The notes beneath the pieces were generated by a model that saw only the letters and a list, made by a program, of their open reading frames with translations, was not told the origin of the DNA and did no database searches. From IMG/VR virus record IMGVR_UViG_3300038456_000063, positions 1-52,923 of that record: a stretch of DNA of 52,923 nt. One strand, 5' to 3'. The DNA comes from a virus (lineage: Duplodnaviria; Caudoviricetes). Shown here piece after piece: positions 26,784-35,928 of the stretch. The first letter of the stretch is position 1. Every line of letters begins with the position of its first letter. The translations under genes were made by a program, and so were the position numbers.

Positions 26784-28747
26784 GTTCGGTACTCCTCGAA
26801 TTCACCTTCCTGGGTAGCGGCGTCGTTCCAGTCAACGTCCTGCATCAACTCGCCCATCGTCATCAATTCCAACTTGCGGTTGGCACGGATCACGTCGAGC
26901 ACACGCTTGTCGCTGGGTAGGTGGACCAGATCGACGATGGTGCAACCCAGGTTCTCGTCCATGCCCTTACGGTGGATTCGATCCTCCGACTGGACCCGGT
27001 ACTCCGGCTTCCAGGAATTGCTCCAATAGACCGCCATGCGGGATTCCACCAGGGTCAAGGACATACCGCCCGACTCGGGGTTGGCAACGAAGGCCACGCG
27101 GGGATGGGCCTCAATGTTGGCCCAGTAGTCCAGCGGCTCTTCCTCCACGGCCGTATCGTCGTGCGGCAGGACTTGGAAGTTGCCCTGGTCGCAACGGACC
27201 ACGGACCACTTCTCCCGCTTCATCAGGTTCACGACGCGATCCACCGACCCGGTGAAGCCGGCGAAGACCACGATGCGGCCCGTTTCCTCGCATTCGTCCA
27301 GGAGCATCCGCAGGGCGGCGTCCTTGGGACAGGCGACCTCGCGGGTGATGCGGACGATCTTGTGGACTTCCATCGAACCGCCGCAGACCGGGCAGGGTGC
27401 CTTCTCTTCGATCAGGCGCGCGAGTACCTCGTCCGGCAGCAGGTCGGTGCCGGGGTAGCAGCGGTCGCCGTCTTCCGGGTCGCGCCAACTGGCCACCGTG
27501 CCGTCCGTGCAGTGCGTGCATTTGGTCATGCCCTGCTTCTCGTCACGGTACTGGAAGCCGTCGCTCAACTCCCGCAGGAGGGTCATGCCGGTGACGGCGT
27601 TTGGGGCCGCTTCCACAAGGGCCTTGGCCACACGGAGGATGCTGGCGCTGGGCTTGCAGACGATCTGGCGATAGCGTTTCTCGGGCAGGTTCAGACAGTC
27701 TTTCTTGTGCTTGATAATCACCAAGCCCTTGAGCCGCTCGTGGAGGTAGGCGACCTCGTTCTTGCTGGGCACGAAGGGATGATACTCGGCCGGATCGGTG
27801 AGGCCGTCGAGTTCATGCGGCCCCTCTTCGCGCGTCTCGCCGCACTGGTTGCATTTGTTCTCGTCGTCGCGCCAGCCGGTGCGCTTCTTGAAGGAAGCCG
27901 TCTCGTACTGCTGATCGACCATGAAAGCCATGCGGGCTTCCATCGCCCTGGCACTGCCCTCGCGGAGGAAACCGGGCCATGCAATCTCGCACTGACTCCA
28001 CCAGTCGATGGGCGTCTTGGGCGACGGCGTACCGGACATCTCAATCACGTACCCGCCTTCCACGCCCCACTTCTCGCGGATCATATCGGCCAGCCGTTGA
28101 GCGGCCTTCGATCGCTGGCTGGTGGAATTCTTCAAGCGGCTGGATTCATCGCAGATCAGGCCGTGCGGCGGTGGCACGCCCTCGGGCCACTCGTCAATCA
28201 CGCGGACCAGACCTTCGTAGGTGTGGTACTGGATGTCGAATTGCTCGGCGGAGAACTTCCACTTGCGGAATTCGCGCTTGATGTTGGGCAGGCTCGTCTT
28301 GGGGCCGATCCAGAACCAATCATGGACGCCAGATCGCTCAATCAATTCCTGGGCCGAGAGGGTCTTGCCCGTGCCCATTTCCGCCGCCCAGAGTTGGAAG
28401 TGGTAGGTCAGGCCAGCGTCGGTCAAGTCCTTCTGGTGCGGCATGAGGGGCCGCTGGTACTCGTGCCGGATGATGTCGCGGTCGAACCAGGCGAACATAT
28501 CCTCGCCGCACATGAGCGCAAGCTGGAAATTGTTCCGCTGGCAATCCTCGACCGACCATTGCTTGATCGGGTTCTCTTCCTCATAGCCGTGCCACCGCGA
28601 GCCCTTCATCGCCTTGATTTCGTCCTTCAGGCTGAAGGGCGACTTGACAAAGAAGATGCGGCCGTCACGGCGGTCGATCTCAGCCGGACTGAGGACGGTG
28701 CGACCGCTGCTGGTGGTGGTTCTTAGCTTGATCTTTTCAATGGCCAT
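26780..28747 (-). CDS. SNF2-like SF2 helicase
   Basis: PHQ, AEMGTGKT, ICDES, SGTP, GGMSLTL and QSEDRIHR. Confidence 0.92.
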   Translation of the reverse strand: MAIEKIKLRTTTSSGRTVLSPAEIDRRDGRIFFVKSPFSLKDEIKAMKGSRWHGYEEENPIKQWSVEDCQRNNFQLALMCGEDMFAWFDRDIIRHEYQRPLMPHQKDLTDAGLTYHFQLWAAEMGTGKTLSAQELIERSGVHDWFWIGPKTSLPNIKREFRKWKFSAEQFDIQYHTYEGLVRVIDEWPEGVPPPHGLICDESSRLKNSTSQRSKAAQRLADMIREKWGVEGGYVIEMSGTPSPKTPIDWWSQCEIAWPGFLREGSARAMEARMAFMVDQQYETASFKKRTGWRDDENKCNQCGETREEGPHELDGLTDPAEYHPFVPSKNEVAYLHERLKGLVIIKHKKDCLNLPEKRYRQIVCKPSASILRVAKALVEAAPNAVTGMTLLRELSDGFQYRDEKQGMTKCTHCTDGTVASWRDPEDGDRCYPGTDLLPDEVLARLIEEKAPCPVCGGSMEVHKIVRITREVACPKDAALRMLLDECEETGRIVVFAGFTGSVDRVVNLMKREKWSVVRCDQGNFQVLPHDDTAVEEEPLDYWANIEAHPRVAFVANPESGGMSLTLVESRMAVYWSNSWKPEYRVQSEDRIHRKGMDENLGCTIVDLVHLPSDKRVLDVIRANRKLELMTMGELMQDVDWNDAATQEGEFEEYRT

Positions 28748-29976
28748 TATTTGCTCGGTTTCGTGAGTCGGGAGATTGCGATGTCGCAGTTGTGGGCGTC
28801 GAGTTCGACGCCGATGCAGTGTCGGGCCAGGCTTTGCGCGGCCAGGAGAGTCGAGCCGCTGCCGGCGAAGGGGTCGAGGATCACGCCGCCGTCTGGCGTG
28901 GAGAGCAACGTGAGCAGGTACTTCATCAGGGCCAGGGGCTTGACAGTGGGGTGGTCATTGCCCGACCCCTTTTCCTTCTTGGCGGCCTTGGCGCAGTAGA
29001 AGAAGCGCGAGGCCCCGCCGCTGTCGCCATAGCCCGTCAGGTCACTGCCGGCGCGGTTGGCGTCGGAGCCGTAGATGCCGCTCTCGCCGGACGTGCCCTT
29101 GCGTTTGCCGCTGGGTTTGCCGCTGGTGAGCGTGCCCGTCTGGTTGTCCAGTTGAGCCGCTGCTTCCTCGTCTAAGAGGAGATTGGCAGGCCAGCGGCCC
29201 TTGGTGGATTCGATGAATTGGGCACCGTTCTTCTCGGCCGTCCGCTTGATGCGGTTGCCTTGCTGGCCGTGGAAAGTCGTACCGTTGCGGTCGGCGTTGT
29301 ACTTGTAGCCGGGGTTCTCGCCGATGCGGCAGCCGTCGATATGGAAGCCAGCCACGCCCCAGTTCTCGGCGTTCTGGGCAATCGTGCCGTCCATCGGCTT
29401 CATGGCCAGGATGATCGGCTCCCAGGCCGGCTTCAGGGCTCCGGCCCAGCCGGTCCACGCCTTGGCCAACTCGGTGGCCGGGGCGGTAATCTCGACGGTC
29501 TTGATTCGCTCCTCAGCCGTGTGACCGCTGACGCCCTTGCCGTAGCTCACGCCGCCACTGTTGGCCGAGAGGGTGTAGCCGGGCAGGCCCATCTTGGTGC
29601 CAATGACCTTCCGCTCTGCCCCTTTGGCCTTGTCGATCATCTTGCCCACGTCGGCCGCCTTGGGAAAACCGCAGCCGTAAAGCCACATGAGCGTGTCGCG
29701 GATGTCCCAGCCGGCGTCTTCAATTGCGCAGGCCAGATGATGCCAGGTCCGCGTGCCGCCGAAGGCCAACATCAGGGCACCGGGCTTGCAAACCCGCAGA
29801 ATGGCCGCCCAATACTCCGGCCCAGGGACTTGGCGGTCCCATCCCCTTCCCATGAAGGAAAGGCCGTAGGGCGGATCAGTCACGACAAAATCGACCGACG
29901 ACTCGGGCAACGTGGGAAGCACGTCGCGCAGGTCGCCGTCGTAAAGCGCAATGCCATTTTCGTCGTGACGCTTCAA
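28747..29976 (-). CDS. DNA methyltransferase, N6_N4_Mtase family (beta class, DPPY)
   Basis: VTDPPY, LKPAWEPI, GRWPAN, HPTVKP and LDPFAGSGST. Confidence 0.92.
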   Translation of the reverse strand: MKRHDENGIALYDGDLRDVLPTLPESSVDFVVTDPPYGLSFMGRGWDRQVPGPEYWAAILRVCKPGALMLAFGGTRTWHHLACAIEDAGWDIRDTLMWLYGCGFPKAADVGKMIDKAKGAERKVIGTKMGLPGYTLSANSGGVSYGKGVSGHTAEERIKTVEITAPATELAKAWTGWAGALKPAWEPIILAMKPMDGTIAQNAENWGVAGFHIDGCRIGENPGYKYNADRNGTTFHGQQGNRIKRTAEKNGAQFIESTKGRWPANLLLDEEAAAQLDNQTGTLTSGKPSGKRKGTSGESGIYGSDANRAGSDLTGYGDSGGASRFFYCAKAAKKEKGSGNDHPTVKPLALMKYLLTLLSTPDGGVILDPFAGSGSTLLAAQSLARHCIGVELDAHNCDIAISRLTKPSK

Positions 29977-30042
29977 GAGGATGCCTTTCGGAGATAGAGC
30001 GTTTACACACCCGGAGTCGGGCGTTGGTTCGTGGCTTCACTT

Positions 30043-30075
30043 AGAGAGTTGCAAAGCGTGAGAAACTGGTTGTGA
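30043..30075 (-). promoter_or_regulatory. Bipartite phage promoter-like motif, copy 4
   Basis: TCACAACCAG-N11-TTGCAACTCTCT, intergenic, upstream of the methylase/helicase genes. Confidence 0.75.
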
Positions 30076-30080
30076 CGGTT

Positions 30081-30602
30081 TCACCGATTTCTCTTGTCCT
30101 CCAGGTAGAACGTCTGGTCCGAGGCGTTCCGGGCACGGAGGTCGGCCCACACGTTCAAGCCAGCCGTCTCGAAAAGGGAGTAGACCCGGTTGAAGCACTG
30201 CCGCACCGGCAACTCCACGGACGGATCGCTCCCCGCGCGAACGGCGTCTCGCCACTGCGCCAGGGTTCCGGTAATGACGGCGATCTGCACCGAACCTACG
30301 AGCGTGTCGGCGACGACAAAGGGCATCGTGGAGCATTGCAGAATGTCCAGCATGTCGCGGCTGTCGGCGGCGACGAGGATGCTGAAGCTGACGTGTACCA
30401 GGAGGCTGGGGAAGAGACCCACGGGACTCCTCTGGTCCCGTATCGCTGCCAAGCAACTGAGGAAGCGTTCGGCATCCGTCAAGTCGCGCGGGCTGGCGTC
30501 GGCCTTGGCGGACGGGCTGTAGCCCAGGGCCTCGAAACTCAGACCCAGGAAGGTCGTGAAGTCGATGCTGGGCTTGTTAATGAGTACGGCATCGGGCTTC
30601 AT
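30081..30602 (-). CDS. Hypothetical protein, possible degenerate ThyX fold
   Basis: LVHVSFSILV and VITGTLAQWRDAV resemble ThyX EHxSFTF and TxNxRxWR; the RHR motif is absent. Confidence 0.4.
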   Translation of the reverse strand: MKPDAVLINKPSIDFTTFLGLSFEALGYSPSAKADASPRDLTDAERFLSCLAAIRDQRSPVGLFPSLLVHVSFSILVAADSRDMLDILQCSTMPFVVADTLVGSVQIAVITGTLAQWRDAVRAGSDPSVELPVRQCFNRVYSLFETAGLNVWADLRARNASDQTFYLEDKRNR

Positions 30603-30617
30603 GGGAGTGACTTTGGG

Positions 30618-30812
30618 TTACTTGCGTTTGGATTCCAGCTTGTGGGCCAATTTGACCTGCCGTGTTACGCAGAGCAGGAGGTTGTTGATGATGGGCGCGA
30701 AGCGGAGCGTTTCGTCGCCGGCCTCCAAGACCAGGGCGTCGGTGGTGATGCGGAGGAGCGAGATCGTTTCGCGGGTACGCTTGATGGCCTTGCGGATTTG
30801 TTTCTTGGACAC
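30618..30812 (-). CDS. Hypothetical protein
   Basis: GTG start; basic helical 64-aa product. Confidence 0.5.
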   Translation of the reverse strand: MSKKQIRKAIKRTRETISLLRITTDALVLEAGDETLRFAPIINNLLLCVTRQVKLAHKLESKRK

Positions 30813-30844
30813 GGGACTGCCTTGAAAAGAAGTGGAAAGAAAAG

Positions 30845-30950
30845 GGACACAGCCGGGACTCGAACCCGGACGCATTGAAAGCTGACGAGACTTTAATGGT
30901 TAAAGGGTGTGCTCGTTCAGTCGAATGTTGCTGGCTTACAACACTGTGTC
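30845..30950 (-). ncRNA. tRNA-like element with ~34-nt hairpin insertion in the anticodon loop
   Basis: GACACAG/CTGTGTC acceptor, GTTG-TAAGCCAG-CAAC D arm, TTCGA/TTCAA stem enclosing 41 nt that begin CT-GAA, TGCGT variable loop, and CCGGG TTCGAGT CCCGG T arm. Confidence 0.65.
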
Positions 30951-30954
30951 TGTG

Positions 30955-31062
30955 GTGCCCGCAGGTGAGCGCTTCACCTGCGGACGGAATGACCCGGCAA
31001 AGTGCGCAGAGAGGACCAGCAGGAGATCATCCTGCCCATGATGGTCGTCATGCGTGCCGAGG
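30955..31062 (-). ncRNA. Candidate structured RNA C, immediately 5' of the tRNA-like element
   Basis: Nested CUCGGCA/UGCCGGG, CGCA/UGCG, GACCA/UGGUC and GCAGGA/UCCUGC, then a 10-bp perfect hairpin CCGCAGGUGA/UCACCUGCGG. Confidence 0.45.
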
Positions 31063-31068
31063 CGTTGA

Positions 31069-31809
31069 CTAGCGAGCGCGGGCCTTTTTGCCGGCGGGCT
31101 CTTTCACGACCTCGACGCCATCGCCCTTGCACTCGATGAAGGTCGTCATTTCCTTCTTGAGCCGCTGCATTGTCGGCATCTTGGTGAAGGGATTGCCGCA
31201 CTTGACCACGACGGGAACGTGCCAGGAGTAAGTGCCCTTCTCCACGAGCCGGCTCTTGAGCGTCAACGGCAAGGGGCCGTGCGCTACCAGGCCGTCCACG
31301 TCGTTGCCGGCCGCCTGCTGACGGGCGATGTCGGCCGTCGTCAAGGGCAGGAACGGGTAGAGCTTCTTGGCCTCGCTGCGGGTGCTCTTGCTGCCGCAGA
31401 AGAATTCGAGGAAACGGCCGGTGCCGCGCTCGATGACGAGGAAGCTGGGGCCGTACATGCAGTGCGATTCCTTTTCGAGCGACTGCGCGGCAATCCGCTT
31501 GAACTCGTCGGACTCGGGATCGTAGTTCACGATCACGGCGTCGGTGTCGGTCATGTCGATGGCCTTCGGGCGGCGGCCCAGCGGCAGAATGTCGATGGTG
31601 TCGCCCAGGTCGATGACCTCTTCACCCTCGGGAATGCCGTAGCAACCGGGGCGGACTTGCCCCTTGTTGATGGCCTTGCCCTTGGTGTAAAGCTGCAAGC
31701 GGCCGATGAACTCGGTGCTCTTGGCCAATTCGGCGAACTGATCGTCAGTGCCCAACTGGGTGGAAGGAAGCTGGTTGAAATCGACGGGGACCAGATTGTT
31801 TTCGGACAT
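31069..31809 (-). CDS. Hypothetical protein, possible ssDNA-binding protein
   Basis: GAGG RBS and AT-rich leader; beta-rich sequence ending in KGTYSWHVP; sits in the replication module. Confidence 0.5.
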   Translation of the reverse strand: MSENNLVPVDFNQLPSTQLGTDDQFAELAKSTEFIGRLQLYTKGKAINKGQVRPGCYGIPEGEEVIDLGDTIDILPLGRRPKAIDMTDTDAVIVNYDPESDEFKRIAAQSLEKESHCMYGPSFLVIERGTGRFLEFFCGSKSTRSEAKKLYPFLPLTTADIARQQAAGNDVDGLVAHGPLPLTLKSRLVEKGTYSWHVPVVVKCGNPFTKMPTMQRLKKEMTTFIECKGDGVEVVKEPAGKKARAR

Positions 31810-31952
31810 GGTGCAAAACCTCAGAGTTGAAGATTGGAAGAGAAACTTAAAGACAAACGGCAAACAGGGATCAAGCAGGGCGGGTGGCCGGTGCGGGTGG
31901 CCGGTGCGGGTTACATGATTAGGTCTCCGTGGCAATAAAGTGTGCGGATGTT

Positions 31953-32840
31953 TTAGGGTTCGGGGCGATCTGTGAAGTGCTTTCGCATTCGTTCGGCCTG
32001 CTTCCTGCGCTGCTCGTCCAGGCTCTTGGCATCCAGGTGCATGACCCAATCCAAGCAGGCGTTCCAACCGTCCACGGCCGTTCGCGCCTTGCCGACAGCC
32101 AAGAGGGTCGGACCCTCTTGGGGTCGCTCCTTCTCGGTCAACAGGTCACGCAGATTGCGAAGGTGCGCGATGGGCGTGAACTCGGCCGCAAAGAGTACAT
32201 CCAACTTCCCCTGCCGCGCCGCCTCCCGTTGCTGCTTGATGAAGACAGACACGGTGGCTTTGAATTCGGGGGTGGGTGCCGTCTTGGCAAAGTCCACAAA
32301 GCGATCTTGCTGGTTGTAAATGACACGGGACAACACGTAGGCCGACATGAGGGGAATCTCCCCACGGTCCACAGCCTTCTGGATGGCGGGTTGCAGCCGG
32401 AGTAATCCAAGCTGCTCGCCGATCCAGCCGTGACTATTGTGGACCATCCTTTGCAGCCGGGCATGAGACATGCCGGGGTGGTCGTCCAGTATCTTCTTCA
32501 GCCGTCGTGCAAAATCGCACTTCTTCGTCGTGGGTCGGATTGCATTGGCTTCAATCTGCGAGGCCAAAACCATTTCGTCCGTCATGCCGTGCCTTATCAG
32601 GCAGGGCACAGGAGTTAGCGCCAGTTCCTCGAAAGCCGTGTAGCGGTACATCCCGTCTACGACTTCAAACTTCCCAGGAATGCGCGGCGATGGCCGCACG
32701 CAGATCGAGTTCAACGGCCCGTTGGCCGCTAACGAATCCCGCAACTCCATGTACTCCAGCGAATCCTTTTCCACGATCCTGAGCAGCAGGTGGGTTTCGT
32801 GGATGTCGCAGAGCGGAATGTCACGGCTTTCGATCTTCAC
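31953..32840 (-). CDS. ParB N-terminal domain protein (divergent)
   Basis: LRDSLAANGPLNSICVR, EVVDGMYRY, EANAIR, and HTH-like HNSHGWIGEQLGLLRL. An in-frame GTG at 32867 is an alternative start. Confidence 0.8.
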   Translation of the reverse strand: MKIESRDIPLCDIHETHLLLRIVEKDSLEYMELRDSLAANGPLNSICVRPSPRIPGKFEVVDGMYRYTAFEELALTPVPCLIRHGMTDEMVLASQIEANAIRPTTKKCDFARRLKKILDDHPGMSHARLQRMVHNSHGWIGEQLGLLRLQPAIQKAVDRGEIPLMSAYVLSRVIYNQQDRFVDFAKTAPTPEFKATVSVFIKQQREAARQGKLDVLFAAEFTPIAHLRNLRDLLTEKERPQEGPTLLAVGKARTAVDGWNACLDWVMHLDAKSLDEQRRKQAERMRKHFTDRPEP

Positions 32841-32862
32841 AGTGGGCTCCGAGATCAACAAC

Positions 32863-32959
32863 AACACCTACAGGAGATGGTAAAAACGAGCTTTTTTTTC
32901 AGAAAACATGGCAAAGTTTTTGAAAAAAAGGACCGTTTTTACCATCTCCTATAGGTGTT
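32863..32959. promoter_or_regulatory. Long AT-rich inverted repeat at the divergent strand switch (twin promoter and/or origin)
   Basis: AACACCTAcAGGAGATGGTAAAAACG (32863-32888) pairs with CGTTTTTACCATCTCCTaTAGGTGTT (32934-32959) at 25/26 positions; inner TTTTTTTCA/TGAAAAAAA arms. Confidence 0.75.
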
Positions 32960-33030
32960 AAGTGCCAGTCTTTCCCGCGCCGGAAACGGCAAAGCGAGAG
33001 CGTGTAAACGCACCCTATCAAGGAAGCGAC

Positions 33031-35742
33031 ATGAGAGTCACCCAAGCCATCCAAGTCTTCCTCAATGCCCGCCAACTGCCGGCCAACGCCGATCTGGTTG
33101 CGCGCTGGTCGTCAGCGCACGAAACCCAGGTCAACGTCGCCGCCGGCAATGGTGAACCCGTGGAGGGCAAGCGGACGACCTACAGCGATGGCATCAACGA
33201 GTGGTGGAATATAAGGCTGCCCAAGAACGCCAACAGCGACCCGTCCTGGAACGACTACGAACTGAAGTTCCCCTTTGAAATGCACGCCGAGGGCATCGGC
33301 TGCACGGGCTGGGACTGGGCCGCGCAGCGCTCGCGCTGGGTGGCCTTCGACTTTGACAGTCTTACGACGCACGCCAAGGGCGTGGGCGTCACGGACGAGG
33401 AATTGGAGCGGGTCAAGCTGGCGGCCGAGGCCCTGCCCTACGTGGAGACCCGGTTGAGTACCAGCGGCAGCGGCATCCACCTTTACGTCTACTTCGACGC
33501 CCAGGGCGTGCCCACGGCCAACCACACCGAACATGCCGCCCTGGCCCGTTGCGTGCTAGGTATGATGTCAAGCGACACGGGCTTCGACTTTGCCAGCCAG
33601 ATCGACTGCTGCGGCGGTGTGATGTGGATTTGGCACCGCAAAATGACGGCCGAGAACCACGGTCTCTCGCTTGTCAAGCCGGCCACCAAGGAACTCTCCG
33701 TGGCCGATCTGCCCACCAACTGGCGTGACCATATTGAGGTCGTGACCAAGAAGCGGAGCAAGGTGCGTGTAAACGCGGTCGAGGACGACAAACTCGATTC
33801 CTTCGAGCGTTTGGCTTCCAGCCGCAAGATCATCCCGCTGGACGAGAGCCACAAGCTACAGATCGAGTCCCTGATGCGGACTAATTTCACGACCTTGTGG
33901 ATCGCCGACCACCATCTGTTGCAAACACACACCTGCGCCCTGGCCCGTCTGACGGAAGAGCAGGCCGGGGAGTTGGGGCTGGTTGGCATCTTCAAGACGA
34001 TCTCCCAGGGCAACAATCCGGGCTCGCCCAATTGCTTCCTCTTTCCCTTGCCCAACGGTGCCTGGAAAGTCTACCGCTTTTCCCAGGGCATCAACGAGGC
34101 CGACACTTGGAGCCAGGACGGCGAGGGGTGGACCACCTGCTACTTCAACCGCACGCCCGATCTGGCCGCCGCCTCCAAGGCCCACGGCGGCCTGGAAGAC
34201 CCCGACAAGGAAGGGCAATACGTATTCAACGAGGCGGCCCTGGCCATCAAAGCCGCCGAGGCCCTCGGCCAGAAGATCGAACTCATGGACGAAATGATGG
34301 ACCGCGAGGCCCGCCTGAAGACCAGCAAGTCGGGCCGGCTGGCCGTGGAGATCGAGAAGCAGAAGGACGACAACCCCAAGAAGATGCCCGGCTGGATCGA
34401 CAAGAAGGGCAAGTGGGTCCGCATCTTTGAAGTCAAGACCGAGAGCACGAAAACCGACGAACTCGGCTTTTCGGAACACGACCATTTGATGCGCGAGTTG
34501 GTGGCCGCCTCCAAGGAAAGCGCCGGGTGGGTGTTGTTCAAGGACGGCGAATGGATACGGGAGCCACCCGGCAACATCAAGATGCTCCTGCAAAGCAAGG
34601 GGCTCGGCAAGCCGGAGGCCGAGGCCATGATGGGCGAGGCCATCGGCAAGAGTTGGACACTGGTGAATCTACCTTTCAAAGAAGAATACCCTGGCGGGAG
34701 ACAGTGGAATATGGATGCAGCGCAGTTGAAGTACGAACCGGCCATCCTTGGCGACGATGAAGAGCCCACGCATCCCCACTGGGACAAGGTGCTCAATCAT
34801 ATCGGCCAAGACCTGAACGCCGGCCTCCGCGACTCGCCGTGGGCGCAAAAGGCCGACATCAAGACCGGCGCTCAATATCTTCTGGCGTGGGTCTCCTGCA
34901 TGATTAAGTACCCGTTCTCGCCGCTGCCTTACCTCTTCCTCTATGGGCCGGAAAACAGCGGCAAGTCGATCTTCCACGAGGCCATCGCCCTGCTAATGAC
35001 CAAGGGCTGCGTGCCCGCCGATCGGGCCTTGACCAGTACCGGCGACTTCAACGGCGAGTTGGCCAGTTGCATCCTGGCTATCGTCGAAGAAAAGGACATT
35101 TCCAAGGCCAAGGGGGCGTTGAACAAGATCAAGGAATGGGTCACGGCCCGAATGCTTTCCATCCGCAAAATGCGGTGCGACAGCTACTCGCAGCCGAACA
35201 CGACGCACTGGGTCCAGTGCGCCAACCGCCGCGAGAACTGCCCTGTCTTTCCCGGCGACACCCGCATCACCGTTATCCATGTGCCGGACCTTCTGCCGGA
35301 CCAGGAAATCCCCAAGGAAAAGCTGATCGAGAAGCTCACGGAAGAGGCCGCTCATTTCATGTACTCCCTGATGAACATGGAATTGCCGGAGCCCTCCGGC
35401 CGTTTGCGGCTGCCCATTGTAATGACCGACAGCAAGGCGCGGAGCGAGGAAGAGAACCGCAACTCGCTGGAAGAATTCGTCGCCGACTGCTGCTACGAGG
35501 CCCCTGGGGTGTTGACCCCCTTCAAGGACTTCTTCGACAAGTTCTACGAGTCGCTGACCGTGAACGAGAAGGGCGACTGGTCCAAGCAGCGGGTTATAAA
35601 GGGCATCCCCTCGCGCTTCCCCACGGGGACGCACAGCAACAACAAAAAGTGCATCGCTAATCTCTCTCTGGAAGAAGTCACCATCGCCCCCGGCACCAAA
35701 CCCCTTGTCTTCGCGGGCGACAAGTTCGTTGTAAAGGAATAG
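33031..35742 (+). CDS. AEP primase fused to SF3/D5-like helicase
   Basis: AFDFD and TSGSGIHLY (AEP motifs); YGPENSGKS Walker A, IVEE Walker B and CAN motif C. Confidence 0.85.
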   Translation: MRVTQAIQVFLNARQLPANADLVARWSSAHETQVNVAAGNGEPVEGKRTTYSDGINEWWNIRLPKNANSDPSWNDYELKFPFEMHAEGIGCTGWDWAAQRSRWVAFDFDSLTTHAKGVGVTDEELERVKLAAEALPYVETRLSTSGSGIHLYVYFDAQGVPTANHTEHAALARCVLGMMSSDTGFDFASQIDCCGGVMWIWHRKMTAENHGLSLVKPATKELSVADLPTNWRDHIEVVTKKRSKVRVNAVEDDKLDSFERLASSRKIIPLDESHKLQIESLMRTNFTTLWIADHHLLQTHTCALARLTEEQAGELGLVGIFKTISQGNNPGSPNCFLFPLPNGAWKVYRFSQGINEADTWSQDGEGWTTCYFNRTPDLAAASKAHGGLEDPDKEGQYVFNEAALAIKAAEALGQKIELMDEMMDREARLKTSKSGRLAVEIEKQKDDNPKKMPGWIDKKGKWVRIFEVKTESTKTDELGFSEHDHLMRELVAASKESAGWVLFKDGEWIREPPGNIKMLLQSKGLGKPEAEAMMGEAIGKSWTLVNLPFKEEYPGGRQWNMDAAQLKYEPAILGDDEEPTHPHWDKVLNHIGQDLNAGLRDSPWAQKADIKTGAQYLLAWVSCMIKYPFSPLPYLFLYGPENSGKSIFHEAIALLMTKGCVPADRALTSTGDFNGELASCILAIVEEKDISKAKGALNKIKEWVTARMLSIRKMRCDSYSQPNTTHWVQCANRRENCPVFPGDTRITVIHVPDLLPDQEIPKEKLIEKLTEEAAHFMYSLMNMELPEPSGRLRLPIVMTDSKARSEEENRNSLEEFVADCCYEAPGVLTPFKDFFDKFYESLTVNEKGDWSKQRVIKGIPSRFPTGTHSNNKKCIANLSLEEVTIAPGTKPLVFAGDKFVVKE

Positions 35743-35748
35743 GTCATC

Positions 35749-35928
35749 ATGTTGATCCTTGTCTACAAGATCACCGGCAAGTACACCCCCTCGATCTTTA
35801 CAGCCACATGCGTGGCGGAAGTTGAGTCGGACAAGATACCTCGCAATCAGGCCGCCTTTGCGGCCCGGCACGGCGGCGACTTCATCGACGTTGCCCCGGA
35901 GCCCGTGGCGGAAATGGCAGGTGTCTGA
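35749..35928 (+). CDS. Small hypothetical protein (59 aa, not in track)
   Basis: MLILVYKITGKYTPSIFTATCVAEVESDKIPRNQAAFAARHGGDFIDV...; TGATG overlap with the next gene. Confidence 0.55.
   Translation: MLILVYKITGKYTPSIFTATCVAEVESDKIPRNQAAFAARHGGDFIDVAPEPVAEMAGV

Noticed and set aside
30845-30950. tmRNA
   Set aside because: No GGGG start, no G3-U70 alanine identity pair and no tag ORF between the tRNA halves.
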